From: Podarcis cretensis
Lineage: Eukaryota
Assembly: GCA_951804945.1 (NCBI GenBank)
Contig: OX638150.1
Location: forward strand, 40,114,001 to 40,178,000
Direction of reading: 5' to 3'
DNA: 64,000 bases
Shown here: positions 11,586 through 25,552 of the stretch, piece after piece
How positions within the stretch are numbered: the stretch's first letter is position 1
Layout: every line of letters starts with the position of its first letter
The notes under the pieces: model-generated
Told to the model about the DNA's origin: nothing
What the model saw: only the letters and a program-made list of their open reading frames with translations
Databases searched by the model: none
Program-made: the position numbers and the translations under genes

Positions 11586-14420
11586 TGTTCATAATTTGAT
11601 TTCTGGAATAGTGCCTCTTTGTTGTCCACTATGCAGGCAACAGAAAGCAGCTCTCAAGGTAGACACACTGGATACTGCTATGGCTTTGGGTATGTTCTGT
11701 GTTCTAAAATGTGCAGCTGTTTCTCTGTGCTTCCTTTCTTGAAGTGCAGTTTAAAAAATGTAGGGTGGCATATGCTGCACTCTGGCTCATCTGTATGTAG
11801 CCTATGTTAGGGCCCTGGCTTGGTAACTGTGAAAAGCAAGTGAAATAACCTGTTCTGTAAAGTAACAATATTCTCTGTCTTCAGCAGAAGTTGGTTGTGT
11901 GCCCTTGGGCACACTTGAGGTGGTGGTTCAGAGCACTGCCAAAGACAAGGCAGCTGTGCAAATTTTCATTGAATTTACTTGTTTTGTGAATATGAGCTGG
12001 CTTTGACAGCCTTTTGCCTTACAGGGTGGTACATCAAGCACACCACGTATATCCTGTTCATACCTCATCAAAGTTCTCTCCTAACTCCCGATTACACCCA
12101 TACATACACACACACACACACACACACCCCTAGTGATTTTAGAAATGGATAAAACACACCAGCTGGATCATCAGGTCCCAGGCTATGTCTGCAAACAGGA
12201 AAAAAAAAATCTGCTTATGACTTGTCAACAGAGCAGATGTTACACTAAGGGAAATGGAACATATTGTCTCCCATGGGATCTGTCACTGTCACACAGGTAC
12301 TCTTCAGAGTGTGACTGCATTGAATTTCCAAGGGCGGGTGGGGGAAACGTGCCCCTGTTTTTCTATTGCACATTGTGGGGAAAAAGTCTCCCCTTATGGA
12401 ATTAAATATTGCAGAGTCAATACTGCAGAATATTGTTTCCTGGATGAAAGAAGCCTTTCCAAATTCCAGATGCAAACATCTAGTCCATGTAGAAAGTGCT
12501 TCAAATTTTAAATCTCCCTAGCATGAACATGGCTTTTAGGCCTTTAGCTGTACTTCACCTATTGCAATAGCAAAGGATATTTGCACATTACGGCTTCTGG
12601 GGTCAAATTAGTAATATGGAAAATTGGTAAATAACAGCCAGCCCTATTACAGGCAAGTAGTTGTGTTTTTCCATAAAAATCTCTCAAGCCCTATAATATT
12701 GGCTTTCACAGAGTGTTCTGCCAGCTCCTCAAAGAGTTGACACTTGACTTATTTTTATGCCACATGAAGTGGTTCAAACCTAAGAAAGGCATGTCCAGAG
12801 GATAAATAGATATAAAAAATATAATTCATATTTTTTAAAGCAAGTTCTGCATTCACAAGACAAGATTTTCCATTTGGATTTTAATGTTTTCATGTTCGCT
12901 TAGTTTGGAGAGATTCTTTTGGAGCTCATCACAATCCCTTTTTGTTTTAAGCACCGTGAACAATTTGGTATCACCAGACATGGCTACTCACTCCTAACTC
13001 TAGATCACATTAATCCACTTCATGCAAATTGAAAGGGGGGGGGGACTTACTGTTATTGTCTGCTTCAAAAAAAAAATGTTTCAGAAGTGTCACTGAACAA
13101 TTGAGGAACATGCTTTTAAAAAATGTTTCAGTGTCCTGTTTTTGCTATTTTCCGTTTCAACAGTGTTCAAAGTACAGCATCCTTTATAGCTCATCTGAAG
13201 TGGTAACAAAATTCCTGTCTTTTTCTTTTCCCTTCCCTCTGAACTTCATCATCAGTCCATTCACCTATCTTTACACAGATACTTGAGCCAAGTGATCAAG
13301 TGATGAGCTTGCCTCCATTTCCAAGGTGCTAGATTCACATGACAAAACTTTGTCACTTGTTAACTAACTTTGTTGTGTAAATATAGGTCCAAGTGTTACA
13401 AGGTCAGTCTTGAATAGGTTCACTGAAAGCTGCATGTATTCAAAAGAACATTTTTTCTTGGCTCAGAAGCTTGTGAGAAAAATCTGATAAACATTGCATT
13501 CCACTAAATTAAATCGGCAAAATCCACAATTGGGTTTGTAAAGCTGGTAAAATCATGTTCCAGCTTATCAAATTGTTGGCCTGGTCCATTTAATTAAAAG
13601 TTAAATTGAAGGCAGACATTTATTCCTTCTCAGCATTCTAACGCGATCCGTGCACATCCATGCTTAGGCTTATTTTGCAATTGTGTATAAAACACTATGA
13701 GGTGACTGGTCTGTGTGGGGCTATAAAAATCTACACCAAACATTTAGATGCTTTATTAAAAATAGTTTCTTCCCCACTGTCAAGAGTTGACATAGCCAGA
13801 TCTGGAACTTTAGTGAAACCCATAGTTTAAGCTTCTAGGATTCCGATAAATTCTGCTAAATCAGGGCAATAAATTTTGAACACAAATTTCTGTTGAAAGT
13901 ATTACATTGTGTAATTAAAGCTTGAATAATATGTAGGCATGTTTCTTGCACTATGCTATAAACAATGTAATAGTTGTGTGTGTGTGTGTCTCCAGGTGAA
14001 TGTTTAGCTTTAACATGCCTAATGGCAACTTGCATACACACCTGCCTAAATTCCCAGGAAGGGAAGCTCTGCTGCCTATATAGCTACCTCAAATTCCCTC
14101 AACGCCCACTGGCAGGAGCGGGAAGACAAAAGCTAAGTCGAGACCAGTCTACATTGGACTGCACCCGACCTGTTTTGCCTGCTGGTCAAATTTGCTGTGT
14201 TCTCTGTACACCACTGAAGAAGCTATGCTCTAGTAGGTGTTTGCTAAATGTACATTTATTCTGTGGTCATCACTGTTGCCCAATTTAAGATTGCTTAATA
14301 AAAAAGAATTATCAGGAAAGCATTGAATAAAAAGATAACAGTAATGAAAATCTGCCCTCAGATCCTTTCACTAACATATTTTTACATTTTCTTGTTTGTT
14401 TGTTTCTCTTTTTCTTACAG

Positions 14421-14653
14421 CCCTTTGCTTGCTGTGTCTTTCGCTGCCTCCTGTGCTGTTCCAGGAATAGCTCTGCTCACCTTCGGAGTAAATCCTCTTA
14501 CTGCAGCCCTGGGAGCCTTCAACATCATCCTGTACACATGCTGTTACACACCGCTGAAAAGAATTAGCATTGTCAATACATGGGTAGGAGCTGTGGTTGG
14601 TGCTATTCCCCCAATTATGGGTTGGACAGCAGCAACCGGCAGTCTGGATGCAG
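14421..14653 (+). CDS. COX10: COX10 penultimate coding exon (equivalent to human exon 6); protoheme IX farnesyltransferase
   Basis: Acceptor TTTCTCTTTTTCTTACAG| at 14420 and donor G|GTGAG at 14654; 233 bp. Encodes (S)[77 protein letters not shown](G), closely matching vertebrate COX10 (YTPLKR and [10 protein letters not shown] motifs of the UbiA prenyltransferase family). Its phase joins 26558 in frame. Confidence 0.97.
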
Positions 14654-15784
14654 GTGAGAATTACTGGGGGGGGGGGGAATGGGACCATGAGGAGGAAGAT
14701 AATTGAGTGTCTTCCTTTTAGGGCCAATTGAAAGTTACTATACTGTGGGAATGAGTACTTGTTTCACATATGACTTCATTCCCAATAGAGAGATGTCTTT
14801 TTAACCAATGCCCACTAGTATCATTCGCATTATCTAGGATCTGCATATTTCACTGTGTACTGCATGAATGTCTCTTCCACTGACTTGGCATTTTGCAGTA
14901 AAAAAACCCAAGACTATCTTAGGTTCGGGACCCATTCAGTTCTTTGAATCTCAGATCCAGTGATATTTATGGGCAAAGCCTTCAAGAATGGGATTGCAGG
15001 GTGGCAGCTTCTCTGCTATCACAAAAAATAGGATCTTGTCAGTCTACAGAACAAGGTAGCAAACCTTTAGAAGGTATGACCTTGGGGGGGGGCTTGTAGC
15101 AGTGAGTAATTCAAGCCTTAGAAACTCAGGGAGATGGGTTTGTGACAGGTGTGTAGACTTCAGTCAGTAAGACTTCAATCAGTTTATCACGGTCATAGGC
15201 CAACGGGTGTGTAAACTGCATAATGACTTGCCTACCTGTGTGAAGGTTGTGGAAGTCACATTTCATCTAGTTAGATTGGTAGATACTGTCAGAGTGAAGA
15301 TGACAGTCATGGTGCAGGTCAGCACCAGTGAAATGGGGAAATGTAGTTGTGCAGTATTGGAAGCAAACTTTAGGTGGGTAAGCAAGAAGCTGAAATTCAG
15401 AACTTCCAGAATTGCTTCCTCCAGAATTCTGCCTCTCCTATTTGCAGTGCCAGGTAGACAGGCAAGGCTGAGGCATTTCAATGCATGCCTAAGATTGCAG
15501 TGTCAAAGGACAGCTTTTGATTTCTTAGGCACTGGAGAAGGTTTTGTAATAAGCCAAGCGTATACAAAAGGGACAGGTTCCGCTTGAACCAAAAAGGAGC
15601 CAGGCTGCTAGCACTTAGGATCAAAACAATGGCAGAGAGTAAGAGTAAATTGACTGTTCTCACAGTGGAGGGATGAGAAAAGTGTGCTCTATTAGAACCT
15701 GTACTTTTTAACTTGCTCATAATTAAACTTGCATTAGAGCTGAGCAGTGAGGTGGCCAAGTGGTAAAAACAAATAAGAATTTCA

Positions 15785-15905
15785 AAGAGTTCCAAAATGA
15801 TCTTTCTTAACTGGGTGAATTAGCAATAAAATGACAAGCTCAGTTCAGTGTAAGTCAGCATGAAGTGACTTACATCGGGGCAAAACATCCCTAATTCTCC
15901 TAACC
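15785..15905 (+). mobile_element. Old CR1 LINE ORF2 fragment
   Basis: Decayed match to the CR1 RT-downstream motif LQ.DL..L.EWA.KWQM.F...KC.V.HIG.K.PN (GAGTTCCAAAATGATCTT...CATCGGGGCAAAACATCCCTAAT). Confidence 0.55.
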
Positions 15906-18900
15906 ACTATCCCTTTTCAGCTGCTGAAAACTAGGGCTTAAAGGTCTGAAATATGGGGAGCCTGGTTCTGTGCATGTAGGCACAGGATTCTAAACCACTC
16001 AAGGAGCCCTCAGATCTTTAGGACACGGGGCAGGGCCACAGAGTGCAGCCCTGCTCTCCTCTCTCTTGGTTGTAATCATGTGAAAGGATAATGATTAAAG
16101 AGAGCTGCTAAGTTGGTCTTAGTGACCCCTGAATAGCAGTTGCTAGGGAACAATTGTCCTGCTTTCGAGCTTTCCATTGGTCCAAAAGTGAGCTAGTACT
16201 AGCCCTAATACTAATAACACTGCAAATGGACAAACTTTGTTGAGATCACAACTTGGGATGGAAGGATTAAAGCTGCAGGTCTCTCCCCTGCACCTATTAC
16301 TATTTTTTTTTAATTAAAAAAACTTTCCATGCTTCCAAGTGATGCATTTAGTGTTGTGTGCAGTTTGGCCCTCAGGCATATGTAAGTGCAAGCCTTTATC
16401 CTTCTCTCCCTCTTCTGTGCTCACGTGCTCTGTGTTTCTACAGGAACTATTCATCACCGAGTCAGCCAAAAGTCAACCAGGATTATGTGACTCCTCCTGG
16501 TTTGAAGATCAAACATAACCTTCGGTTTTGCAGTGCTGTTGTGATTCTCTTTGCAGTGTGTGTCACGACAGGATCTCAAATTCATGCAACAAGATCAGAG
16601 AAATGTTGTGTTAGCTCAGTGGGCCTGCTCCCTTCATTGATGCTGCTGCTTTTGAAGCAAAGGCTACAGAGACCTGAAAATGCAGGGTCGGTCTTAATGA
16701 AGCTTCCTGAGGTGACCAGCCTTTTGGGGGGCATGTTGTATTCTTCTTAGCATTGCAAAGCATTTGTTGTTCTAGGCACAAGTGATCAGAGTAGTAGAAA
16801 GGAGAGACAATGTGAACAGATTCAGTTATGAACCAGGGGAACATGATAGAGAAAATCAAGATGAAAATGCAAGAAGGTCCTAACTCTAGCCTTTCTGCAG
16901 TGAAGGAGACAAAGAAGTTTAATTCAAACGATTTAGCTCATATTAGAAGCTGTGTGACATGACTAGTGAATGTTCAACAACCAAAGCAGGGCTTCTGCTG
17001 TACAGTTGTCATGTTCACTTATCTGCACTGTGTTTCTGGCTGCAATTACAAGTCCTGTGGCTTCTGCTGCCTCTCTGTCTTCCCCTCTGTTCTGCATCTC
17101 ACTAAAACCAAACCCAAATTCCTTGAAAATCTCACTGTTAAAAGGTACCGATACCTTGCTAAGCAAATACATGCCGTGTTGGTAATATACACAGATAACT
17201 CTGACCATGGAGTTTGGATTATTCCCTAATACAGAATCTGAATTTTATTTTGTTTCTTGATATGGAAAATGCCCAACCCTATCTGTCTCTCTCCAAGTGC
17301 CAGAAACCAGCACCAAATGTTGGCTTCCACAAGCGGGACTTGTTAGTTGAATCTAGGCCAATTATACATGTTATTTATATACATAACTCTGAGTAGTAAT
17401 TGGCAGGGCTCATGAAGTTATTACAGTAAGTGCCACACTTTTAATATTTGGGAGGAGGTAGAGGTCCCTGTACTTGAGTACCCCCAGGGGGGGAAAGCAC
17501 TGGAATAGGTAATAGTGGCCAATCTCAGAAGAAGCTTTTTAGCCCATGTTCTCTCATAATAACTAAGCATTGGATCTTCTCTTCCCCTTCCCACTCAAAA
17601 CGCTCAACCATAGGCTTATTTGCAGGAGTGTGGGGGGAGGTATCTATGCACAGAAACTATTTCTTTGATTAAAGGCTCAGGCCTGCAGTTGGCTGATAGT
17701 TTCTTATAGATGTTAGGAATGCTTTTTGGTATGGACAACCGGAGTATGCCATCTGCTTCCAAATCATGGAAGCCACATCTCTGGAACCCATTAATGTTTC
17801 CTAATTAACTAGCTGAAGCAACCTGGCTTTAGGTAGAAGCGTGGGAATACATTTGCACCTTGTTAAAAAGAAGAGGAAAGAGCCTACCCTACTGAGCGGC
17901 GATAAGGAACATAAAGCTGGGGAGAAAGAAATTTTAAGGCTGCCTATAGTGCTTGCTATGTTTTACTTTTTATTGGGGAGCTTCTTCTCAAGAAAGCAGT
18001 CCAATTCTTTTCTGGTTATTACGCTAAAGCTAGTCATGCAAGGTGAATCACTTTTTCATCCTTCCTTCATTTTACTATCAAAACTGTCTCCTCCTTCTCC
18101 AGGGAGGTGGGGAGGAGAGGGCATCTAGCCAATGCTGCCGCCGTTGCTCAAGCAGACTGTATGTTTACTTGATCAGTTCCAGTCTCGAGCGCTTGCCACA
18201 TCATATAACTTTTTCCTAGGGAACAGTTCAGGATCAAAATATGAACCTTTCTCTGTGAGCATTGGTTGGCTAAAATTGGCCAGGTTTAAACTGACAATGC
18301 TCAGAGTCAATTTTATCATCTACTGTGGTAGCAAAAATTGCACGAGTGTTAAATTTAATCAGGTTCATGGGCTGGGACCAGCATCTCTCAGCAAGGCGAA
18401 CGCATGCACTTGCCAAGGCGGGTACAGAGAATTTCTCTCCCCGAAAGGGAACCCCATCTCCAGTTTCTTCCCCCCCCCCCCCCCGTTTTAAGGAGGAATA
18501 ACATTATCATGACAGGAAATGGGAGGCTGGTGGAAAATGCCAAAAGAACAAAGCAGTCTCATTTTTACAGAAGCAGTAAGACTCAGATCAAACTTCTCTC
18601 TTGCTGGCAGGAGATCATGGCTTGTGTTTAGTAACACGGCCAAAAAGAGGAATATTAATAATATGCCCTTTTTAAAGAAGAAGAAGAAGTTTAAATATTG
18701 CAATGGGGAATTTCATACTGTGTGTTGTACAGCCTGGGACTCAGGTCTTGGCATTACCACATTTCCTTATGAAAGCAATAGGGTCTGGTATCCTTTCAGG
18801 AGTGGTGGCTAGCTGAAGTGTACTCAGGAGACTGCAGAACATAGCAACCCGGTGCCATGAAAGCACATCCAATTCTGAGCCACCCAGTTTGCTTGAAGTG

Positions 18901-20145
18901 ACAAGCGGGGATCTCTGCCATAATGTGCTTTATCAGTTAAGGGGATTTACTCTGGGTAGGCGGTGGTGGCAGAGCAGATAACAGCCTCGCAAATGTAACA
19001 GACGTTAGAGACCCACAGTGGCCTGGAGCCATTAGTATTACTGCTCCCAAGAATGTTTATCTCAAGAGACTATTTAGTTTATCTCAGATGCCCCACTTTT
19101 ACCTTCTGTTTTCCTGAAAGACATCTTGTCCTGATTTTCATTCATTTTTTGAAAATTTAAATAATTCCTGGGGCTATGGAATTTATAGACTGCCTGTGTA
19201 TGTACCAACGGTAATCACGCAGAGGCTGATTTTCAAATTGCCTTGACTTTGTAATTCAAATTGGGTTGTGGGCTAGACATTAATTATGTCAGCCAACATC
19301 TATTTACAACCGGGGGATTTTAAACTGGGCAGTTCTTATCAGCAAGTGACATTTGGCAGATGGATGGGTTTAGCAACAAAACAGTGAAGAGAGAGGAAAA
19401 GGACAATTGTGTAGAGCCTTTCCTCATTTGTATAGCCCTTGTCTGCCCGGAAGGAGAGCAGTAAAGAGAGGACCTCACTTTGTTCAGAATAAGTGACACT
19501 GAACTTTGTTCCTATTTCCTTCAATTTTTTTTTTTAATTAACTGGATCATGTTTTGAACAGCCTGCTGGCAAAATGTGTAACTGAGCAGTTTTAGAGAAA
19601 AAGACAAATTTTTGCCTGGAGCACATTATCTTGGCTGTAGAAATAGAGGCCTGGAGATGTGGGCTGGCATTGATTGACCTTAGCAGAGGCTTGAGACTTC
19701 TCTTCCTCTTCAAAATGATGATCCAAGAAGCCTCTTACTCAGTTTGTACAAAAGACAGAGGTATGTCATCATTGATCTGTGAGCATAGGACGCACAAAGG
19801 CAGAGGGCCCCGTTGCTCCATGTAGTAAATATGGAGGCAGATGGGCAGGGCTAGTAGGCAGCTGTTTTAAATTTAATAAGACAAAAGTCAGTCGATTATT
19901 TGCCCCCCCCCCACCCACGCTTTCTTTTGCAGACACAAAAGCGATAGTGATTCTGCTATTGGGACACCTGAGGGACTGATGCAATCAAAGTCGAAGCCCA
20001 CTCAGTAAATTCATTGTCACCTACACACTGTACACAGCTGTGTTAAGTTCCAAGTGCTTTCATCTTCCAAATAAAGAATATTCAATGGCCCATATGGGAC
20101 AGCTGCTCCAGTTCACCTCACCTCCCAAATATTCATTATGAAGTA

Positions 20146-20162
20146 ACCAGTAGGGGGCACCA
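20146..20162 (+). promoter_or_regulatory. Candidate CTCF binding site in the last COX10 intron
   Basis: ACCAGTAGGGGGCACCA matches the CTCF core CCASYAGRKGGCRS. Motif only. Confidence 0.6.
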
Positions 20163-20399
20163 GAGTAGTAGCAGGAAAATTGCATTGGCTTAAGAAAAGA
20201 CAGTGTTTGAGGTTTAGAGAGCTAAAATTAACTTTTTAAAGTTGTGTTGAGTTAAAAAAAGTGTTAAAAATATCCTCTTGCAAGCAAGTTGGTGAACTTC
20301 CCTTAGTGCCTTGCAAAAATATGGCCTTTCCTGTCTTGCAGCCTTGCTGGAACTTCCAGTCATCTCCCACCTTAACTGCTACAGTCTTTGCATCTCTAC

Positions 20400-20720
20400 G
20401 ATCACATTCCCACCTACTCCCTTGCCTCTGACCAAAATCATTCACCTCTGTCATCACTGAGACCACATGACACCCTTTCTTACCTCCTCCATTCCTGGAT
20501 CTAGCACAAACATTTGTCCTTGCCTTCATTACTCTGCCTCCCCTGATTATTCTGCCTGCATATCCATCCCCATAATCTTCACTCTTCCATCTCCACCATC
20601 CTTTGTCCGTCCCCCACATCTTCAATGCCTAGAACTGCCTCCAGAAACCATTTGATGCTGCATCTTATTTCCTTCAGACTCTTTCCCCAAATTCAGTTTC
20701 CTTGAAGAACCTCGACACAG
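20400..20720 (+). mobile_element. Possible ancient L2 LINE 3' fragment
   Basis: Pyrimidine-rich strand with a decayed GACCACATGACACCCTTTCTT (DH.TP.L) motif, typical of L2 ORF2 ends. Confidence 0.35.
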
Positions 20721-21669
20721 ACACTTATTGTTCTTCCTCTGCCGAAACCAAGCCTAAGCACTTGTAATGAAGCTCAAGGCATATCCTGCCCATGTTCACC
20801 CTTACTGCCAGTTTATGTCTCTCCTTCTATTCTTCCCATCCACCCCACGGCAACTCTTAAGATGATAAGCTGATCAGGGTGCTGCGTTATTTTAATTCTC
20901 CATCGGGAACTATGCATATTGATGGTGCCGTATAAATGATAACTGTTAAATGCCGTCATCATTTCCTCGCTACACCTGGACATGGTTTCAAAACAGTGGT
21001 CATTGGAAACAGCCGAGACTTGCCTTGACCGGATTGTAGTCAAACTTCTAGGCTTCAAATTCGCAACCTTTATTTTGACAGTGTTTTTGGTCTTCATAGC
21101 CACTGCTACATTCAGAGGCACCAACATGATATATGGGTACCATAGAAAAAGTAAGACTTTGCATATTGCAAATGGCTTATTTGCCACTAGCATATATAAC
21201 GACTAAGATGTAGCAGGTGCTAGAGAAGGAGAGAAGCAAAGGAGCATGGGTGGGAAAGTAACATGTAGTCAACATCTTCTACAGACGTTTTATGCCTTGT
21301 TCTGCACTTCACCACACGCCCACCCCTTCCTTGTGAACCCTCCTGAATGTTGGTGCTCTTATCCACATATTGGACCTGGTGTTGATTTAAATAAAGTTTC
21401 TCACTTTCTCATTCATATGTTTTCCAATCAACCATTCTAATTAGTTGTGGTAACAAATAAAACATGTTTTAAACTTGGCCACTATGATTCATGCATTGGT
21501 AACTTTACAATTGGACTCCTATAATTTGTTCTTTGTGGTACTTCCCCTAAGACTGGTCTGGAGGCTTTTGGAGAATGCTGTGCCCAGGTGGTTGAGTGGA
21601 ACACCTTGATGCACACATAATTTTACACCTGTGCGTAAGGAACAGCTGCTGTGCAGCTAGCCAGACATG

Positions 21670-21865
21670 TACAAGGTCTTGTTACTAATGTATAAAACCC
21701 TGAACAACTCAGAGCCAGGTTACCTGAAAGACTGCCTTCCCTGTCTGCAAGAACATTTAGATCATCTGGGGAAAATTTACTTGTGGCACCACATCCTACA
21801 AAACATCACAAGGCACCCTACAGAATAACACAAAGCAGGTATTTTCCATCATTGCCCCTACACTT
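21670..21865 (+). mobile_element. Decayed L2-clade LINE fragment
   Basis: TATAAAACCCTGAACAACTCAGAGCCAGGTTACCTGAAAGACTGCCTT resembles YK.LN..GP.YLKD.L and is homologous to the element at 62926-63410. Confidence 0.55.
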
Positions 21866-24800
21866 GATCTCCATATGTGTCTATGAGAGAGAGAACCTTT
21901 GTACTCAAAACTTGCTTAAACTTCACTTGACTGTTTCCATTTGGTTTGATCAAGGGATATAGATTCTGTTTAAAGAGATTGAGACTGCAATCTTATGGTC
22001 ACTTTTGGCAGTAAGACCCATTTGAACTCGCTTCCCTCTTCCTCTCCTCTCCCATGCAGCTCCCTGCGTGCCCCAAATATCTGCTCCAGAGTATCCCCCA
22101 ACCCAAAGGTGAAGGAAGAAATGGAAAGGAGGTCCTGTTGTGGATTTCCATCTATTCTTGTACCCTAGTATTTCTTCCTTTCTCTCACCACAAAACTTTC
22201 AGTCCTATTGAGTTATGCAAAATGCATCTTGACAAATTGCTGCATTCTGTCTTATAGTATTAAAAGTAGAGCAGAAATTGGATTTTTCTAACCACATAAT
22301 TTGGAGGTCTTAACCGATCTCTCCATCCATCACTGCTATATCTTCCTTGCTTCAGTGTGGGCAGGTAGTGTGTTGTTTTTGCTGGATCAGCTTTTGCTGA
22401 CGGGCATATTCAGATGATGGAAACCTAATTCTGTAGGCAAAGATAAGGTTCAGTTATACTTCATCTCATTTTCCAGGTTGAACATGGAACAACTACAGCT
22501 ACATAACCGCCAGCCGTGTTTATCCAAAGGCAAATGGGTGCAGCTGGATTTACTCTTGTTTTCCAGCTCTAATCTCCCTCATCTGGACCAAGGAGGAGTA
22601 ATTTGTTTTAGCATCTTTTTAGCTAAGAGTAGCTGGTTTGTTACCATACCAAGATAGAAGAAAACAACCACACACAGTTCTAAGTACAGGCCATTAATGG
22701 CTAAACTTAGACTTCAAAATCCCTATAACGTCTTACATAAACTTAAACATTTAATTTATTTCCTAGAGAGACAAGAAGCTGGTGCTTCCCGCCCCCCACC
22801 TCCACTCTTAACCTCCCCCTCATGTGTCAGTCAGCTACCAGAATCTGGAAATGATTTTAAAATTCCTTCATATTATTCAAGGCAGAAGAATTACCAAAAT
22901 TGTGCTCTAAGCAAAACAGCATTCTTGGGTTGCCAAGGCAGTAAACAATGGCTTTAGGAAATGCAATAAGACTTCAACATCTGTTTTGGAGCTGATATTT
23001 TAACCATTCTGTGTTTATTTTACATGCCTGGTTGGTGATCTCTGTCATACATCTGTGAAGCCAAAAACCAAGACAATGAAAGAGGTAGCAAGTCAGTTTG
23101 GAGCTCCAACTATAAGCCTGGTTTTCCATGCTGAGTTTTTAACATAAAAGTGCTTCTGGCTTTTGTCTTAAGTTTGTGAATGATAACTTAGTTTAGCAAA
23201 TCATGCTACCATTACAAGACTTTTTGCATACACCTAGGACAGTTATGAATTTTAAAAGAACATCATTGTGCTTGACAGCTTTAGATAGAAAAGCACGAAT
23301 ATACTGCACCTTCTGTCTCATGTGGAACCTTAAGGGTTGCTGAAAATATCCTCCTGAAACAGTAACACCACTCAACAACAGCAGAAGTACTAGATTAAGT
23401 AGCTGCACAAGTTAACCACAGGAAGTTGACTAACAGCCAAACGTGTCATGGTACCAAATGCATCATTGGCGCCCATATTACATGGTAGGATAGGAAACCC
23501 ACCTGCTTCTCAGCAGCAGTTCTGACAGTCTCCCAGGTCCCAAGAAGAAAATGGGAGCTTTCTTTTCAGGGCCAACACAGCCATGGGAAAGGGATGATGA
23601 TCTCCATTAGTACTGCAATGAAGTATGAAAGGGCTGAACATCTGCTTCCTACTTCTGCAGTCCTGACAAAATCAGACATCACCACCTGCGCTTAACATCA
23701 CTTTTTAAAAAACAAGCATGCAGGCATATTACCAGTGTTGCACCTAGCATCATGCTGTATGTAGTTCAGCCTTGAGGGGTCTTTTCCCATAATGCACACC
23801 TAAATACACTTAAACTGGAATCTTAAACGCAGTAGGGAGTAAGAACCATTTGGCAAAATCATACTGACTTCCAAGTAATTTGGAATTTGGAAACACTTTC
23901 TCAGTGCAGCTGACACAGTGTAGTAAAAACAGTAAAAAATAATTTATATTCTCTTAAGATTTAGTTTAGAGTGCATTTTTTATAGCCTCATCCAAAGGAA
24001 TTTGCACAGAGGAGCACATAAAGATTTATGCCACTGCTACTGAAGCACTATCCACTGCATGGCAATTGAGATAGAGGCAGACAACGCTGTTCCAGTTGCT
24101 ATTGAATCTCTGAATCTCCATGTAGGATTGCTAGGAGGCTCCTCCCAACTAAACCTGCAAAATAGCACCAGTTGCTACTAAGTACTACCCAGAGTTGGAA
24201 CAAAAGTGGCTATTTCTGTATCAGCACTTTGATTAATCCCAGCATCGCTACAAGTCTGCCCTGTCAGACAAAGGTTTTGAAAATGTAAAGGTAGAGTCTG
24301 GACCCAGTTGCACTGAAAAGCCTAATTCTGTACTGCACAGCAAGAAACGAAGCCATGCATGTTGCCATCAAGTTGACTTTGCAGTATCTCCTAGAAAGAT
24401 TGCGTGAGAAGGCAGGCCCCTCATAAAACAACTCTCCTTGTTTGGCACATCAGTTGTCTGGTTTGGAGCTGGGAGTTTCACCTGAAATATTGGTTGTTTT
24501 TTGACAAAGAAGTGAGAGTCGGAAGTTATTTTTGAGACAGCGTTAGGACATCTTGCCTTCTTGTTGCTCCTAGTGTCTATCCCTTTGCAAACAAAATGGA
24601 CTTTGATTCATCTTCTACAAGAAGGCATAACTCCACTGTAACAGCATCATTTCAGAAGTTGAATCTGTGAAAATCAGTCAAGCTTTATTAAAGCGTAGGC
24701 CCTAAAGATGTCCCTTGTGAAACAGAATGAAGCAGATACTAATGGGCATCTGTGCTAAATTTCAGTGGAGCAGGATCTAGTCTTGTAGCACAAGTTTTTG

Positions 24801-25502
24801 AAAGACTGCAGTTGTGAGGAAATATTCCCATAGTTATATTCAGTGGATCTCTGGGCCTATTTTCCCCCTTTAATTCTTGCTTCTGTATAAACTTTTAGGT
24901 GGTATACAGGGATAGGTAACACAGAGACCCCAAATGTTGAAAGAACTGAAACAACCTTACAATTCTATAACATCTATGAATTTTTTACTCTTCAGTTTCA
25001 GGTCTCTGCCAAGCATTCATGGATCAACAGAAGGTCCTATGATACTGAATTCTAAGATGTATGGAGTGTACAGAATTGAGAAGTTAGTTACTTAACACTA
25101 GGCACTTTCAGCCCTCTAGCCCTACGTTATGTGGCTGTTAGAGGGTTGGCAACATACATTTCTGCTTAGGAAACCTATGGCAAAATATAGCAAGGTACAT
25201 GCAGATGGTGACTGGAATCTTCTCTAGATTTCTGCTGAGCAAACTTTAAAAAACTTATACTATTCAGTAGCCAAGGTTTATTGAATATTCTTCACTGTAT
25301 TTGTTTTATATGTGTACCTTTGCGGAGTGGGTTCTGTGCAAAGCTGATGCACAGTCAGTTTGGACTATGTGAAAATATATTGTGTGTAGTATCAAAAAAG
25401 GTGGAACCAAATGGGGAAACCAAAGGATAAAATGTATGGTATCTTAAGTGTTTTCTACAACAAATGGAAAGTGTGTGTTTTTTTCTCATAGAAGAGTTTA
25501 AG

Positions 25503-25505
<3 letters not shown>

Positions 25506-25549
<44 letters not shown>
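25506..25549. repeat. (TA)n microsatellite
   Basis: About 22 TA units. Confidence 0.95.

Positions 25550-25552
<3 letters not shown>

Noticed and set aside
1-14420. Earlier COX10 exons (e.g. the short FFEVPFDSNM.RT..RPLVRG exon)
   Set aside because: Not found by eye or in the ORF track; probably upstream of the window. A short exon could have been missed, and TBLASTN would settle it.
14323-14706. 127-aa ORF as a standalone gene
   Set aside because: Only 14421-14653 is COX10-like. The flanks are intronic read-through beyond canonical splice sites.
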